From NCBI GenBank assembly GCA_964016885.1, contig OZ024740.1, forward strand, positions 299,336,001 to 299,400,000: a DNA stretch of 64,000 nt. The letters run 5' to 3'. The notes beneath the pieces were generated by a model. It was given only the letters and a program-made list of their open reading frames with translations, had not been told where the DNA came from and made no database searches. Both the position numbers and the translations under genes were made by a program. This DNA comes from Eledone cirrhosa. Taxonomy: Eukaryota. Each line of letters begins with the position of its first letter. The stretch's first letter is position 1. Of the stretch, positions 31,075 through 45,056 are shown one piece after another.

Positions 31075-31148
<74 letters not shown>

Positions 31149-31939
31149 GGGGAGGAGGGGTCAGAGAACAGAAATTGATCAGAGAAGCATGACTGCCGAA
31201 ATGCTGTGTAAAATATAGACAACACTAGCACGTACACACGCACAGAAACACATATATACGTATATTCATGCATGTATGCATGCATACATACATACTTACA
31301 TACATACGTACGTATATAAACATTCATACCTACCCACTTATCTATATACCTATATACATAGATACATACATACGTGCTTACATACATACATACACACATA
31401 CATACAGATAGATAGATATACATAGACATGCACAAACGATGAGGTTAATAGCCCGATCAATCTTTAGTTATGTAGTCATTAATCACGTCAGAAATATAGA
31501 AATGTTGTCTTGGGTTATCTAAACTTAGAGCTCGATAAGTATGTAATTTATGATAGTTTAGCCGATTGATGGTTTGCGTATTGTTGACTTTGTTACTTTT
31601 GTCTTTATATGACACTCTCTGTTATATATCTGACGTGCTTATATTTACACAAACAAACTGATAAACTTTTTCATTTTGTACATACATAGATAACACATAT
31701 TCAAGCATCACATATTCAAGTCTGTTTTCAGATTTACTGTTCGTATTTAGCCGAATATATTAATAGGAGTATATACCTGATGATTTTCAGGGATGGTTGG
31801 ATGGATTTGTGACAATGATGCCGTTTTTAATTTATAGATGATCCAAAAGTGAGTAGTGGGGTTGGTTCAACGAACGCTAGCCGCAACGCTATTTAATATA
31901 TTTATATATATTATGACATTTATTGAAATAATATATAAA

Positions 31940-32272
31940 TATTTTATTGTAAAAAATGCAAGTTTTTTTGTAGTTATGAAAATGGAAAAGGAAGAGAAAG
32001 GCAAGGGCTCTAACGTCACACAAGAATGGGATGAGGAAGGGGTTAGGTTGCTGGGCTCTAAGCTTAGGGCGCGGTGGTATTGGGGCTGCGTCCCGCGGAC
32101 AAAGCCGCAAAAGCATACCCGTGAACAATGGTCAGCGACACCCGGTGCAACAGCCGCCACACCTAGCGTGGTTCCTTCCTTAGCCGGGCTGCTGTCGTTT
32201 CGATCTTGCGGAGGAACTCGGCAGTGCGGGGTCCAAGTATGCCTGAGGTCTTGATGGTGACCTGTGCGAAGG
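31940..32272 (-). mobile_element. 3' end of a CRE-like (restriction-like endonuclease) non-LTR retrotransposon
   Basis: FAQVTIKTSGILGPRTAEFLRKI....RKEPR*VWRLLHRVSLTIVHGYA resembles F.P...ET.G..GP....FL......PRE..FL.QRLS.AI.RGNA; GC-rich island followed by aataaa. Confidence 0.65.
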
Positions 32273-32460
32273 CACAAGGCCAGCAATTTGAAGGAGAGGG
32301 AAAGTTGATTAAATTGACCCCAGGCTGCGAACGGTTCTCTATTTTGTCAACTCCGCAAAGAAAAAAGGAAAATATAACTTCGGCAGATCTTAACTCAGAA
32401 CATAAAAGACCGTAACTATATTTTGCAAAACATGTTGTCCGACGCTCTACCAATCCACCA
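32272..32460 (-). mobile_element. Diverged SINE-A
   Basis: ggtagagcgtcggac head, ctgagttaaga B-box remnant, gctggccttgtgcc tail. Confidence 0.7.
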
Positions 32461-34559
32461 CACATAATACATACACACACACATACATACCTACATACAC
32501 GCACATATTTATTTTGGTATGTGTTATATAGACACATTTGCGCACACAAACAGGTCCACACACATCCACACATATTTAAATAGATATATAACCGTTTCTA
32601 TCTGAGATATTGATGGGCATTTTTTAATGTGAATAATCTATGAACACCTGTGTGCGGATCAGTGAAATAATGATTCCATACATTGGCGCAAATCTATTGC
32701 GCTCGTGTGGATGCCCTTTACTCATTTTATTGACTGTAGCGAGGAGAATGGCAACGTCAGTTCTAAGTAGTATTTGGACAAACAACATAGGATAATAAAA
32801 AAATAATACTGTAAAACATAGATATAAATCTCCCTTAATTTTTGATAATCGAAACATCATTGAATGGACTGGTGTGCGATAAATGGTAAGGTCTGCAAAG
32901 TAAAAGAGAAAATGCTTCTTTGCATCATTGGTTTATGTCTCTTTACCCTGTGAGTTGAAATCCCCCCCCCCCCCGAGATTAAATTAGCTCTTCATTCTTT
33001 CGGGGGTCGATAAAATAAGTACCAGATAAGTACTGAAGGTAGATGTAATCGACTATTTTTATATGAAATTTCTGGACCTCCAACCAATTAACCTTCGAAC
33101 AAATTTAAATGAATTGAAGAATGATAAACACAAAATCACAATTTGATATCCGATAATGCACATTTGCATGCCATAAACAAAAGTAATTTATGTAGCGATT
33201 AAAAGAACATGAGCAACATCAATGCATATACACTGAAAGACATGTCAAATAACAATATAGCAATAATTGTTATAAAAAAAAACAAACAATACCAATTTTT
33301 AGATATTACAGATTTAGCGGTAAGTATAGAATATACATCAATTTTCACTTCAACAAGTAATTTTAGTAGGAACAGACTCATTTTAGACCGAGACTAAATT
33401 AGCATGGCAGCGTTTTGTAACCAATGAAACTGTTTTCTCAGAGCCTTCATTAAAGAATGAGTGATGGGAAACACTATACACAACTACATCACAAAAACCC
33501 AGAACAGAGTTTCTTATGAATTAGAGGTAGACCCACTTATGTGTATGTAAATAGCTTTTTGTTAAAGAGAAAGTTTATGAAACGGTATCAATAGCTTTAA
33601 CAAAAAAGGCCAGAGCGAAGAAGCAGTTTGAACTGGTGCATTACTCAACTATATACACACTGGTGCTCCAACGATTGAGTTGATGAAATATTTGTATTAG
33701 CAATGACCCTTACATCATTTTCATCTTAGTGTGGTAGTACTCGTTGGTAGTGAATACAAAGGTAAACAATGATATGTGATTGTAGGGGGTCTCATTGAAC
33801 GTATAATTCTAATGAGAACGGATAGCACTGAAATATACTAGAAATGTGCCCAGTCGTGGAGTGGAAGGAAATCTCATGAAACTGTTGGTGCGTAGCAGAA
33901 TGTCTAGTAGTTACACGTGCAGGCTGTCTAAGGCTCGAAATAACTCTAAAAATGGAGAGAGACATGCAGAATCAGCAACAACAACAAAAGGTTGCGGATG
34001 CACTTGTTTCAACATTACAACGGGGTTAACAAACTAAAGTACCAGTAACGGACTAGAGTTTATTTAATAGACTTTTTCCTTCCATACAAATGGCTAGCCT
34101 TGTGACTAAAGTAGAAACAATTATTACTCGAGAAAACAGCTAGGCATTTTTGATGCTAATGAACGCGTTTGGCGGTCAGAAACCAATAATTGAATTTTTG
34201 TACTCTGTAAAGACTTATTGAATATATGAAAAACACTGGCTTGTGAACAGCTCTGGGCGTCGACGAAGACAGCCTCAACAGGTTCCCTGGAGTAATTTCA
34301 AGTCGGGAATTATGGACAATTTCCAAACATCATTGGCATGATAGAACTAAAGAAGAGAACTAGCAATTCGCGACAAGATCTAAAATCTCGGAGGTACCAA
34401 CAGCCAGACCTGCCCGGCTAACCGTTACTGCTTTAAGGTTCCTTTTTAACCAAATGCATCACCTGTTGGTTATGGTAACAGGGTTTGAATTCAGAACTCA
34501 GAACTTGTCCGACGCTTTACCGATACCACCAATCCGCTGCCCTTGTACTCCAGATGTTG

Positions 34560-34601
<42 letters not shown>

Positions 34602-34631
34602 TGTATGAATGTATGTATTATGTATGTAGAT

Positions 34632-34843
34632 ATGGTGGGTTGGCAGCATTGGTAGAGCGTCGGACCCCAAGCTTTGCAGCATATAGTTACGTTCCTATAT
34701 GTTCAGACTTCATATCCCGCCGAGGTTAGCTTTGACTTTCATAATTATGGGGTCGATAAAATAAAGTACCAGTAATGGGGGTCGATTTAATTGACTTTCC
34801 CCCACCCAAAGTTTTGGCCTTGTGCCTAAATCAGAAGCCATTA
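34632..34843 (+). mobile_element. SINE-A, with an inverted SINE head at ~34480-34540
   Basis: ttggcagcattggtagagcgtcggac...ggggtcgataaaataaagtaccag...ggccttgtgcctaaa. Confidence 0.85.
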
Positions 34844-37800
34844 TATAATGTTAAATCCTATCTAAAATGCACCGTCATTGTAATTTGATTTGTCGTACTT
34901 TTAGTTGTAGTTGTTAAAATATTATTAGAATAAATTGAATTGAATTAAATTGTCTGTGCACACCCTCGACTTAGCACTTTAACATTTGTGTAATTTTTAT
35001 CACCATCTACTCGAGTAATTTCACAACTTAGAATAAGATATATATCTACTACCAGACACATATCTTTAATGATTTTAACATGGTTTTAAACATTCACAAC
35101 CAATCGCCATATGTAAATGTCAATTAGAACCAGAATTATCATCCAATAACAATACTCACTGCGACAATATGAGGTTTATGATAGTGCAAACAGAGTACTG
35201 GAAAGGACTGGACTGTTGTAGCCTTCTGCAAGCTTATAATAGAAGGCAAATTATTTTCATCAGTTAACGAAACTATTAATTGTATGTTACAACAGTTGCT
35301 GATAGAGCTATCTATGTTGGTATACTCTGTTGAACTACTTCATTTGATCAGACGAAAGTGAAGTGTCTTGGTTATGGATATAGCGTAGCACTAGTGACGT
35401 CATACAAAAATGCAAATTCTAAAGTCCTATGTACTTTTGATTGCTCCAACTGTGCTGTTTTCATTGCTCTATATTTTATACATTAAACGAAACCCAATGC
35501 AATTTCTTTGTATGCAACAATAATATATAAGAAACAAGGAACTATATCTGATATATTTCAAAAGAAAGCAAATGTTTCTTCCGGTAATATTGTGTAAACT
35601 TTTCACTATTCTCGAAATAACTAGACTGATGCAATTATAGTTGGTTATCCCAGTTTACTTGTAACGATACAACATAAGTTGTCTTCTTTCTTATAATGAC
35701 TTCGCAACTTTCTTTAGTATTGATTGAAGAGAGTTTTCACAAAGTGAATTTAAAAAGAAACTGAAACTTAAGCAGATAGTTGACTCCTACATATTCATTC
35801 GTTTCCCCTCTTAAGAATGTTAATATGTGTCCTCTTCAAATTGTCAACCATTCTAACGTCAACAACAATGCACATTTTATTGTTGCAGATTGCTTTCTTG
35901 AAAGACAGGTATGATTAATAGAATGCCGATACAAACTAACACCTCCTGCTATCTCAAAATATTAACATCAAGTCACAATAGCCACAATACTTCACTTTCG
36001 TATTCTATTCAATCTTTTGACATATCTATTGACTTTGAATCACAAATGTTCCTTATTTATTTAAAGATTCATCTGTTAGTTTTACTTATTCCATGCATAT
36101 TTGACGAGCTTCAGACATGAGTTATTTCCTTTATTGGAAATTCAACTGTTAACTCTACTAAATCTAACGTTTATAATATTTAACTTTTAAGACGAACATT
36201 TTTTGAATGCGACAGAAATAGTCTTGTTTTGAAATTTGATTTGTCATTCTCTTACAATTGTTTCTGTTGTACTCCAAACGAACAAATCTGTAGGCCATTG
36301 CTCTTCCTTCTAGAAATACCAGCTAAACTTCATTTTAAAAATAAGAAGGGCATATTACATAATGTAGTTCCGGATAACCCTAAAAAGTAGGATCATCATG
36401 ACTGGAATGCTTCTGAACATAGTATTCCAGGATTGGAACATGTTCTAATCCTGGGGAGATATTATTTTCTGGATAGACGTCATAAAGATCATTTTGCATG
36501 AATTTAATCTAAAATACTCCACATTTTGAGGTAAGGGTTCACTTTACACATGAAGAAACCATAACTAGTCACGTGACTATTGACATTGAAATTATTTAAA
36601 TCAATTTTGAATAATAAATCTAATTTCATCTAATTCTATTTTAAACATGATAAAATTGCATTGTATATCATCTTTGTCCTGGGACAAGTTGTATTACCAT
36701 GAACATTTCCACATACATGCCTTCCAGTTTTTGTTTTCAATATTAGTAAAAACTCAGATATTATGTCAATGAAATGTTATTTATGAGACATGCCTAAAAT
36801 ACATCTAAAATTCAACATATTATTTACATATTCACTATGTACACTATCAAATTTAAGTGAAGACGCGTGGCTTAGTGGTTAGAGAATTGGATTCGTAATC
36901 GCGAGTTTGATTCCCAAACTGAGCAATGCGTTTTGTTCTAGACCAAATCACTTTATTTATTGTTGTGAGAGGGTACATACTATCAGCAATGGAATGACCT
37001 ATGGAAACATTGGTTCGATTTGACGAGTTCCACCACCCTCGGTAAGCAAATGAAGTCAGGGAACTTGTCCATCGACCGATAACTTTTAAACTGTAAAATT
37101 TAAAGAGTAATTTGTTTTTCCACACCACATAAACGGTGTGGCGTTTCACAAATATGTCCCTACATAACCTTGTGTAGCCAATATTACATAATGTATATAA
37201 AACCAGCAACTTTAGCTTTTCAAATAATTATGTTTTTGATTACATTTTCTAATCATCTTCAAGACATTTAGTCCATTCTATTTATTCAAATAGGCCAGAT
37301 ATTTCCTCATAGATTTATTGATTACATTCGAAGTAATCGTATATTTTTGTCTGTTTATCTAATACAAAAATCGTTCGCCAAAACTAACAATATAATATAC
37401 TAAAATAAGATTAACCGGTGGCAACCAATCATCCTTCAACAAGATTCCTAATTCTCTTAAGAATTAACTTTCAGCCTGGTCACATTTTCGCTAACATAGA
37501 AACTGATTGAATTAATTACACCACAGTAAAATCTTATTTAATGTTAATATATCTCTAATCGAAGTGAGATACTTATGTTCTCCTGCATTGTATGATAATA
37601 CAATAACAGGCACATATTAATATATTTATATCCAGTGCATGAACTGATGGGTGGTCTAGTAACAGTAAAGTTTCAATGAGACCCTATGCTGATGTCGCCA
37701 GATCCATCTATGTGGCAACAATTCCCCTATCACTAAAATAGCTAAAACATTGAAAGCCAGTAAAATCGATCACAAATTACCATTGTGTATATCTATTTAA

Positions 37801-40116
37801 CTTTGTCTATATTATTAATTCTATTAACTCAGAAAGCTAACTTAAAGTTTGAAATGACTATCTACCATTAAACGTCTGTCAATTGGGAGAGGACTTATCT
37901 CTTATTCTGTTTGATCAGTCATTTCATAAGTAACAGAATATTAAATAATAAACGAATATCTGAGTAACCCTATGTATTTTGGTTTTATTCACAGTATTCA
38001 TTCTACTGTAATGGCTGTTTTATATTGAAAGAAATCATCTAACTGTTCTACAGCTCCATGGGAAATATATAATTATCGTTTGTTTCATGTTTACAGAAAC
38101 TACTTCATAAATGTAGTAGGTCGTATGAAACACTGTTTAGTTTTATAAAATGTCACCTGAATAATCAAAACGAGAGATGAGTGGGGTGAAAAGTAATAAA
38201 TAAAATATCGAAATCTTTACGTATATATTCTTTGCAAAATCTACATTCTCGAGAATATCTGTTCAATAGTGAAGGCAATTTTGCATACAGAAAATATATC
38301 TTTCGGTATAAATCAAAAGGGAAGTGGGAGGGTATCACGGCTCTTTGAAAATTAATACATATTTTGAGCCTAGAATTGCAGTTACTGATGACAGAGGTGA
38401 TGATGACCTGTAACATATAACCTATATTAAGTTTGGGGAATTGACCAATGCAGAAAACAAAATATGCTATATATGAGTGACTTTTCAGTTACTAACATAT
38501 GTTTGTGCATTTATTTATATTTATATATCGATCTAATCACTTTTCTATTGACATGACTATACTTATCTCTCTACCAATATATATATATTTATCCGTATAT
38601 TATTGATGGATAGGAGAATAATTGCTCAATACCTAAGTAGTGTTTCAATATTCACTTATTATGGCTACGTAGTGAGCCTTGTTACTCTGGTCTGCTCCAG
38701 TTCTATTGGGATAGTGCTGGATTAACAAAATAAATAGACTCAAATAAATTACAATAATAATTCATTCTATTACATGTATAATATAATAAATTGCGCAATT
38801 GTATATAGCTGATAGAATAATAACAGGATCAGTGTTAACGGTATGCATATGTTGTCACTCATACACATGACTAATTATCGTGTTTATTACACGGTTTAAT
38901 GGTGATCATGATTAGCAATATGGTGTCTCATGTTCGTTAAAAGGCACTCGTCAAACATACATCATCTAATAGCTATTATATATTGATGCATCTTCGAAAA
39001 TAAGCGTTGTATGTCTTAAATGGAAGTGTATGTCGTTTGATGTCAGTGGAAACGATATCATTTCTCCGTGGACTAAATTCTAGTCAATAGCCTTTTATTT
39101 TGACCATATAACACGAATACATTCGGTGGAACATTTCTAGCAATTAATTGGCATCTAAGAAGTAACATTTTTATTTAGTATCCAACATAAGTAAAACTAC
39201 TGTTACGTCTTCTTTAGCAAGGAACCTAATTACTACATAATGGACGCTTCCGTGTAATTTGAATTCATAGAATCTAGAAGCTGCACTTTATTTCCAACTC
39301 TTTCTCATTGATATAAATTAAAATATACAGAACATTACTTGACCTTTTTTGACGATAATTCTTTTGGCCTTTTTATACTAGAGTGTCGATCTAAGCTCAG
39401 CACACTATATAACATCTTTCTGTATAGTTTCAATACTATTTTTCGTCAATGATGCCATCTTGTCGTCTATATCGTTGTCGATCATTCTAGAGCGTGGTGG
39501 ATAGCAACATAATAATAAATTACATGAAAATAGAAACTTAATAACTCAACGTAGAGTAACAATACAGTCCTCCATTTCTTTGGAAAGTAGAATTTAAAAT
39601 GATATTTCATAATTCTATCGATCAATTTTCAAACAGGACTAAATACACAAATGTTTAAGGCCGAATTTAGAATCTTCTAAAATCAATGTGGTTAGCACGA
39701 TTTTGTTTAACGTAAAGATCTATTCTACATTTGACATTCTGACATATTTGTTTCAAGCATCCAAGCTAGACAAGAAGAGCCTTCTGACATGAAACGCAAT
39801 TATAGCCATAAATAAATAAACAGGGCCTGTATTAAAAACAATTCCAAAGAAAAACCGAGACGCAGTTATATGATTATCAAGATACGTGATTTAAGTTGAT
39901 GAATAGTTAATTAGATAAAATGCATTTAAACATCAGTACACATACCGCAACAAATAGACATAAACATATCTACATTATATCGATGTAAAAATCGATATAT
40001 GGATATAGATAGATAATTAGACTAGCGTATAAACATACACACACACACATATTACATAAACACACATGTATTACAAATACTCACACACACATATATATAT
40101 ACATATATATATAAAG

Positions 40117-40151
<35 letters not shown>

Positions 40152-40169
40152 AATATATATACACACACA

Positions 40170-40249
<80 letters not shown>

Positions 40250-40960
40250 AGAGGGAATGAAAAAGAAAACGAGAAAAAGAGAGAGAAACGGCAGAAAGAG
40301 CAATACATATTTATTTAGTATATCGTTAGATAGATAGATAAGTCATTTTCTGGATAGATAAATAATTATTTTTGTATATCAATGGATTGGTAGATATATA
40401 AATAGTTGGGTCGATGTCGAAGTAATAGACTTAATAAATGAGTAGTTAAGAAAATATGCAACAAGTTATGTTTACTTATAAGTAGTTCGATAAATAAAGA
40501 AGTTTGGTAGATAGATATGTATACTTAGTTCTACAGATCAGTCGTCAATACGTAGATAGTTAGGTTGATAGATAATATAGTTTGATAGATACAAAATATA
40601 GTTAAGTTGATATATATGTATTTCAGTAGATAGAAAAGCATAGTGAGGTCAATTGTTAAGTGTTGAGGTCGATACACATACACACCCGTGCGTGAGTGTT
40701 TGTGTGCCTCATAGTGATGTGAGTGCGCAGAGGAAATTCCAGAGTAACAAGGCTCAACACGCCGCCATAATAACTGAATATTTAAAATCTACATAGGGAT
40801 TAAGTACTCATCCTTCCCCAATAATTTACGAAAGTTATTGACGCACTGGGGATAGACATATTGTCTTTAATGCGTTGAAATGTCCGAGACCCCAAACAGA
40901 CAACTGAAGAGGTGATCTGTCCCTTGTTTGTGCTTTCCTTTTATTTTTAAATATATATAT

Positions 40961-41489
40961 AATAATACAAGAACGATTTGTTATGCCTTCATTACGTTAA
41001 TTGATTGGTGACGCGCGTTTCGCTATTGATCAGGTCAGGTCAAGGTTCGATCCGTATCGATCTGGCCTGTCTCTGGAATTAATAGCTCGTCGGGCCAGAT
41101 CGATATAGATTGAACCTTGAGCTGATCAATAGCGAAACGCGCATCACCAATCAATAAACGTAATGAAGGCATAACAAATCGTCCTTGTATTATTATATTT
41201 ACACAATGGCGGTGGATTGGCAGTATCGGTAGAGGGTGGGACGCCATGCTTTGACGCATAGAGTTACCGCCTTTGCCATTATGAGTTCAAATCCCGCCGA
41301 GGTTAACTTTGCCTTTCATCCTTACGGGTTCGATAAAATAAAGTACCAGTAATGTACTGGGTAATTGTGCCAAAAAGTATAAACAATTATTATATTTACC
41401 CTCTGTTTAGCACTACACCTCGCAGACAGACTTGAATCTAAACATCGAGTGCTCACCTGGGTGAACCTACAGTAACTGCACGTTACATT

Positions 41490-41491
<2 letters not shown>
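40961..41491 (+). mobile_element. Fold-back element with hammerhead 3' half, between (TA)n tracts
   Basis: ~105-bp arms 40961-41067 / 41093-41194; carries GAAAC-gcgc-GTC but no CUGANGA; interrupted by a SINE. Confidence 0.75.
41206..41386 (+). mobile_element. SINE-A with TSD attattatatttac
   Basis: Full A/B boxes and tail; duplicated flank at ~41189-41202 and ~41386-41399. Confidence 0.9.
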
Positions 41492-41528
<37 letters not shown>

Positions 41529-42044
41529 CAGATATATATAGTCATGTCGACAGAAAAGTAATTATTAAATCGATGGATAAATAGTATGGTTGATAGATGA
41601 ATATTTTTCCTAATATATATGTATAGTGTCGTCGGTAAAGATGTAATTATGGCAAGAGATAATTATGGTTAAGTCGATAAACAAATAGTGAGATCGGTAG
41701 ATATTCAGTTAGGCCGATAGATAAATAATCTGTTAGATAGATATATAGTTAGTTGGATTGGTAAGTAGGTAGAACTATAAATGAATTGTTTGGTCACTAG
41801 ATAAGTGCGTAGGTCGATATATCAGTTAAGTGGATCGATATGGAAGATTAAAATCAACTAGTAAAGGATCAGGAAGGAAATTAAAATATTTTGTAGTCAC
41901 GAATGGCGTACACTCCAAACCAAAGACCAGTATTTGATGATATGTGTTTGCTAATAAATAATTTTCTATCGATTATAAGTATAATAAATTAGTTATATCA
42001 ATTGCGTTCAAGAAACATTTACCCGCCCCCATATATATATACTC

Positions 42045-42640
42045 GGATTTCTTTCCTAGAGTGCTTAAAATTATTTGTGACTAATCCCGGTCTTTTTTTT
42101 TAAAAAACCGCGATAATATTGCTTTTTGCTGAACTCCTTACATTGTAGAGTTTTTTTTTCGGAATGTTTTTAACTGTTGTTACATTTAAACAGACATTCG
42201 TCTCATTCTGAGGTCACCAGCCATGTCTCTCCATGTGCGTTTATTTTCATAATTACTCATGATGTTGAACTAGCCTGCTTTTAAGTTCCCTTTTTGGCAT
42301 ATTATAAACAGTGGTATTTTGGTTATCGTGTCTTTGAGCTCTGCTGATGATCGACTCCAACCGTGACCATCCCCACTGAAAGTTTCGTGAAATAGTCTTT
42401 TTAAGACTATACAGAGCATTTGTAGTTTTTCCAAATTGAAGGATGAGTATTTTAAACTTTATTTTATTCTGAGTTATGGCTCTATTGATTTTTCCCTGGA
42501 TTTCACAAAATTCTTTTTGAATTGAGTTTGAATTATTTTCCCACATCTTACGTTAACTATTTTTCCATTTTGACGTTATAGTCACTTATACATTATGAAA
42601 TACTGTTGGCTTCTTGCTCACAATAATTTCTATACTTTCA
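42045..42640 (-). pseudogene. Probable PLE GIY-YIG region remnant
   Basis: SIISRAQ...VY....RELKSRLVQH resembles the degraded IY...YIG...LK.R..H segment; bounded by (TA)n. Confidence 0.4.
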
Positions 42641-42845
42641 TTTATATATATATATATATATATATATGTTAGGTAAGTGTGTTACAATATTTACAGGCGG
42701 CGCAATGTTCGAAGCACTCAATGTAGTTACAAGGTCCGTCGCGTGTTGGGTTGTATTCCAGAGTTAAGGTGGCTGTAGTATGCATAGACTATATAGAGTA
42801 AGGAGAATCGAAGTCAGGGTGGCAGCATATATACAAACCTTTTAG

Positions 42846-42933
42846 GCATATAACAATTGTTTCAATGTTGATCAGCTCAAGTAAAAGCAAAATGATGGGG
42901 CTTGACTCCTCTTCGGCATCTCGTCAGGTATGC
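42846..42933 (-). ncRNA. Type I hammerhead with long stem II, inside a ~280-bp element (42668-42945)
   Basis: gcatac-CTGACGA-gatgccga...tcaacatt-GAAAC-aatt-GTT-atatgc; core intact, C.A mismatch at the base of stem I. Confidence 0.75.
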
Positions 42934-42968
42934 GAGTTTATATGTGTATGTGCACAGACATATGTATG

Positions 42969-43025
<57 letters not shown>

Positions 43026-43153
43026 TTAAATGTATGTATAGTACATTTGGCAATATACCGTATGTTTAATTAAAAACATTTTGAAGACCATGTGCTATCG
43101 GTTTTAAAGTAGTGACTATGTCACTTAATTATTTCGGCGAAAGAAGGGAGAGA

Positions 43154-43195
43154 AGCTAACAGTCTGTTTCACGCTGCTTGGCGATCATCAGAGTC
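43154..43195 (-). ncRNA. Type I hammerhead (retrozyme family copy 2)
   Basis: gact-CTGATGA-t-cgc-caagca-gcg-t-GAAAC-agact-GTT-agct. Confidence 0.8.
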
Positions 43196-43398
43196 ACGCA
43201 CTCCCTACTTCCGACGAAAATGATAGAAGCCGGATTCTTATAGAATTCCAGTAATAATCAGGAGCTGATTATACAGAGTGATTGCTGGTCCAGTAAAAAT
43301 TAGGTATTAGGATTGGTGCTCTGAAATAGCTCTTGATTATTACTGGAATTCTATAAGAAGCCAGCTTCTATTATTTTCGGCGGAAGTAGGGAGTGCGT

Positions 43399-43440
43399 GA
43401 TTCTGATGATCACCAAACAGCGTGAAACAGACTGTTAGCT
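43399..43440 (+). ncRNA. Type I hammerhead (retrozyme family copy 3, stem II damaged)
   Basis: gatt-CTGATGA-tcaccaaacagcgt-GAAAC-agact-GTT-agct. Confidence 0.7.
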
Positions 43441-43646
43441 TCTCTCCCTTCTTTCGCCGAAAAGAAGTAAGTGTCATAGTCACTACTTTAAAACCGATAG
43501 CGTATGGTCTTCAAAATGTTTTCTAGTTAAACATACGGTATATTGTCAAATATACTATACATACATTCATGTATACATCGCTATTTCAGAGCACCAATCC
43601 TAGTACCATATATATATATATATAGATATATAGATAGATAGATATA

Positions 43647-43694
<48 letters not shown>

Positions 43695-44014
43695 AAAGTA
43701 AGTCCATAGAATCATTTGATAAGATATATACAGTATAATCAACCAGGTAGGCATAATCAACATAATCAAGTATAATCAACTAATCACCATAATCAACCAC
43801 ATAAAAAATCAATTAAACGAGGCTATAAGTTTAAAATGTACCTATGAAGAAACAATAGATAAATAAATGATACCCATTTTATCCGCGATCCCCAGAAGAT
43901 TTACCCAGTATTTCTAATAGCCCGTAGAAATTGACTAGACATATAGCTAACCATACACAATTAGGTACAAAATCAAAGTTAGGAGAAAAAATGTACATAA
44001 ACATACCAACATTA

Positions 44015-44083
44015 TATTTCTACCCCCGAAGGTTTCATTCGCTCTTTGAATAAATCAATGAGTTTCGAAATCATCAGGAAACA
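44015..44083 (-). ncRNA. Type I hammerhead, intact core, in a ~630-bp (TA)n-flanked element (43693-44320)
   Basis: tgtttc-CTGATGA-t-ttcg-aaa-ctc-a-ttga-tttat-tcaa-a-gag-cgaa-t-GAAACC-ttcggg-GGTA-gaaata; 6-bp stem I, 11-bp interrupted stem II, 3-4-bp stem III. Confidence 0.85.
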
Positions 44084-44321
44084 AACTCAATTGGACAAAG
44101 ATTTTTCTTAACTGATCCCCGCCAGAAACGAATTCAAAATGGCTATGAATTGTCACATGGCCAGTGGCCAAGACAGAAGATTGTGATTGGTGCCTGACGG
44201 CGAATAGGCTGGTTGATAGAAAGCGCAGCAGAATACTTACTATCTTACATATTGCTCTGATTGTTGATTATTTAATTAATTAATTCGTCATTGAGCCACA
44301 CCGTGAATGGTTATTTAAACA

Positions 44322-44419
44322 TATATATATATGGCTCTGTCTAGTTTATGTATATGTAAACCTCTATATTTTATATACCCCCGTAAGGTCTGGCTCTCTA
44401 CATTACGACATTATGACGC

Positions 44420-44484
<65 letters not shown>

Positions 44485-44486
44485 TG

Positions 44487-44525
<39 letters not shown>

Positions 44526-44820
44526 TGTAACATTTTTCGAAATATTTACCTCTGCGTTCACAGATTGATTTTTTTAGTTTCAGAAAATCCCGTTAAGGGT
44601 GAAAGCAGCGATTCATTGCTTAAACTTCAATTTGTTATTTTAATATATATATATATATTTATATATTATATTTGTATATTCGTGTACAGATATTTTTGCA
44701 TACACAATAACAATATATAACCAAGCGTATTTATTTCCCGAGGCTCGATAATGATAAATATATATCAAATATATAAGAACCCTAGAGCAAATCCCGAGCA
44801 ACGCCGGGCCATTCTGCTAG
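44322..44820 (+). mobile_element. Non-autonomous Helitron
   Basis: 3' cccgagcaacgccggg hairpin + ctgCTAG|t, same terminus type as 28852; 5' boundary uncertain. Confidence 0.7.
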
Positions 44821-45056
44821 TATATATATATATAAAGGATAACAAGATATCGTTATCGGTATTCCAATTAGAGGTTGTGAATAGTTCTTATTATGGATAG
44901 TTTTAGTGTACGGCGTTGTTTGACTCGACAAGAGGTTTACGTATATGACGAGTTAATGATTTCACTTGTATTACTATGTAAGTTAAACTTGGAGTAGTAA
45001 AATTGAAAAAGTGAAGAATAACATGGTCAACAGTACAAAAAAGGGAATTTATTTAT

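Larger units (their letters stand above)
40330..41845. repeat. Old ~20-bp minisatellite (approx. atagttaggtcgatagataa) interrupted by insertions
   Basis: 20-bp phase visible at ~41685-41840 and weaker at 40330-40670. Confidence 0.6.
43029..43607. mobile_element. Inverted dimer of the ~315-nt retrozyme-like element, in (TA)n
   Basis: 43029-43330 matches 27478-27778 in the same orientation; 43328-43607 is the reverse complement; junction microhomology agct. Confidence 0.85.
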
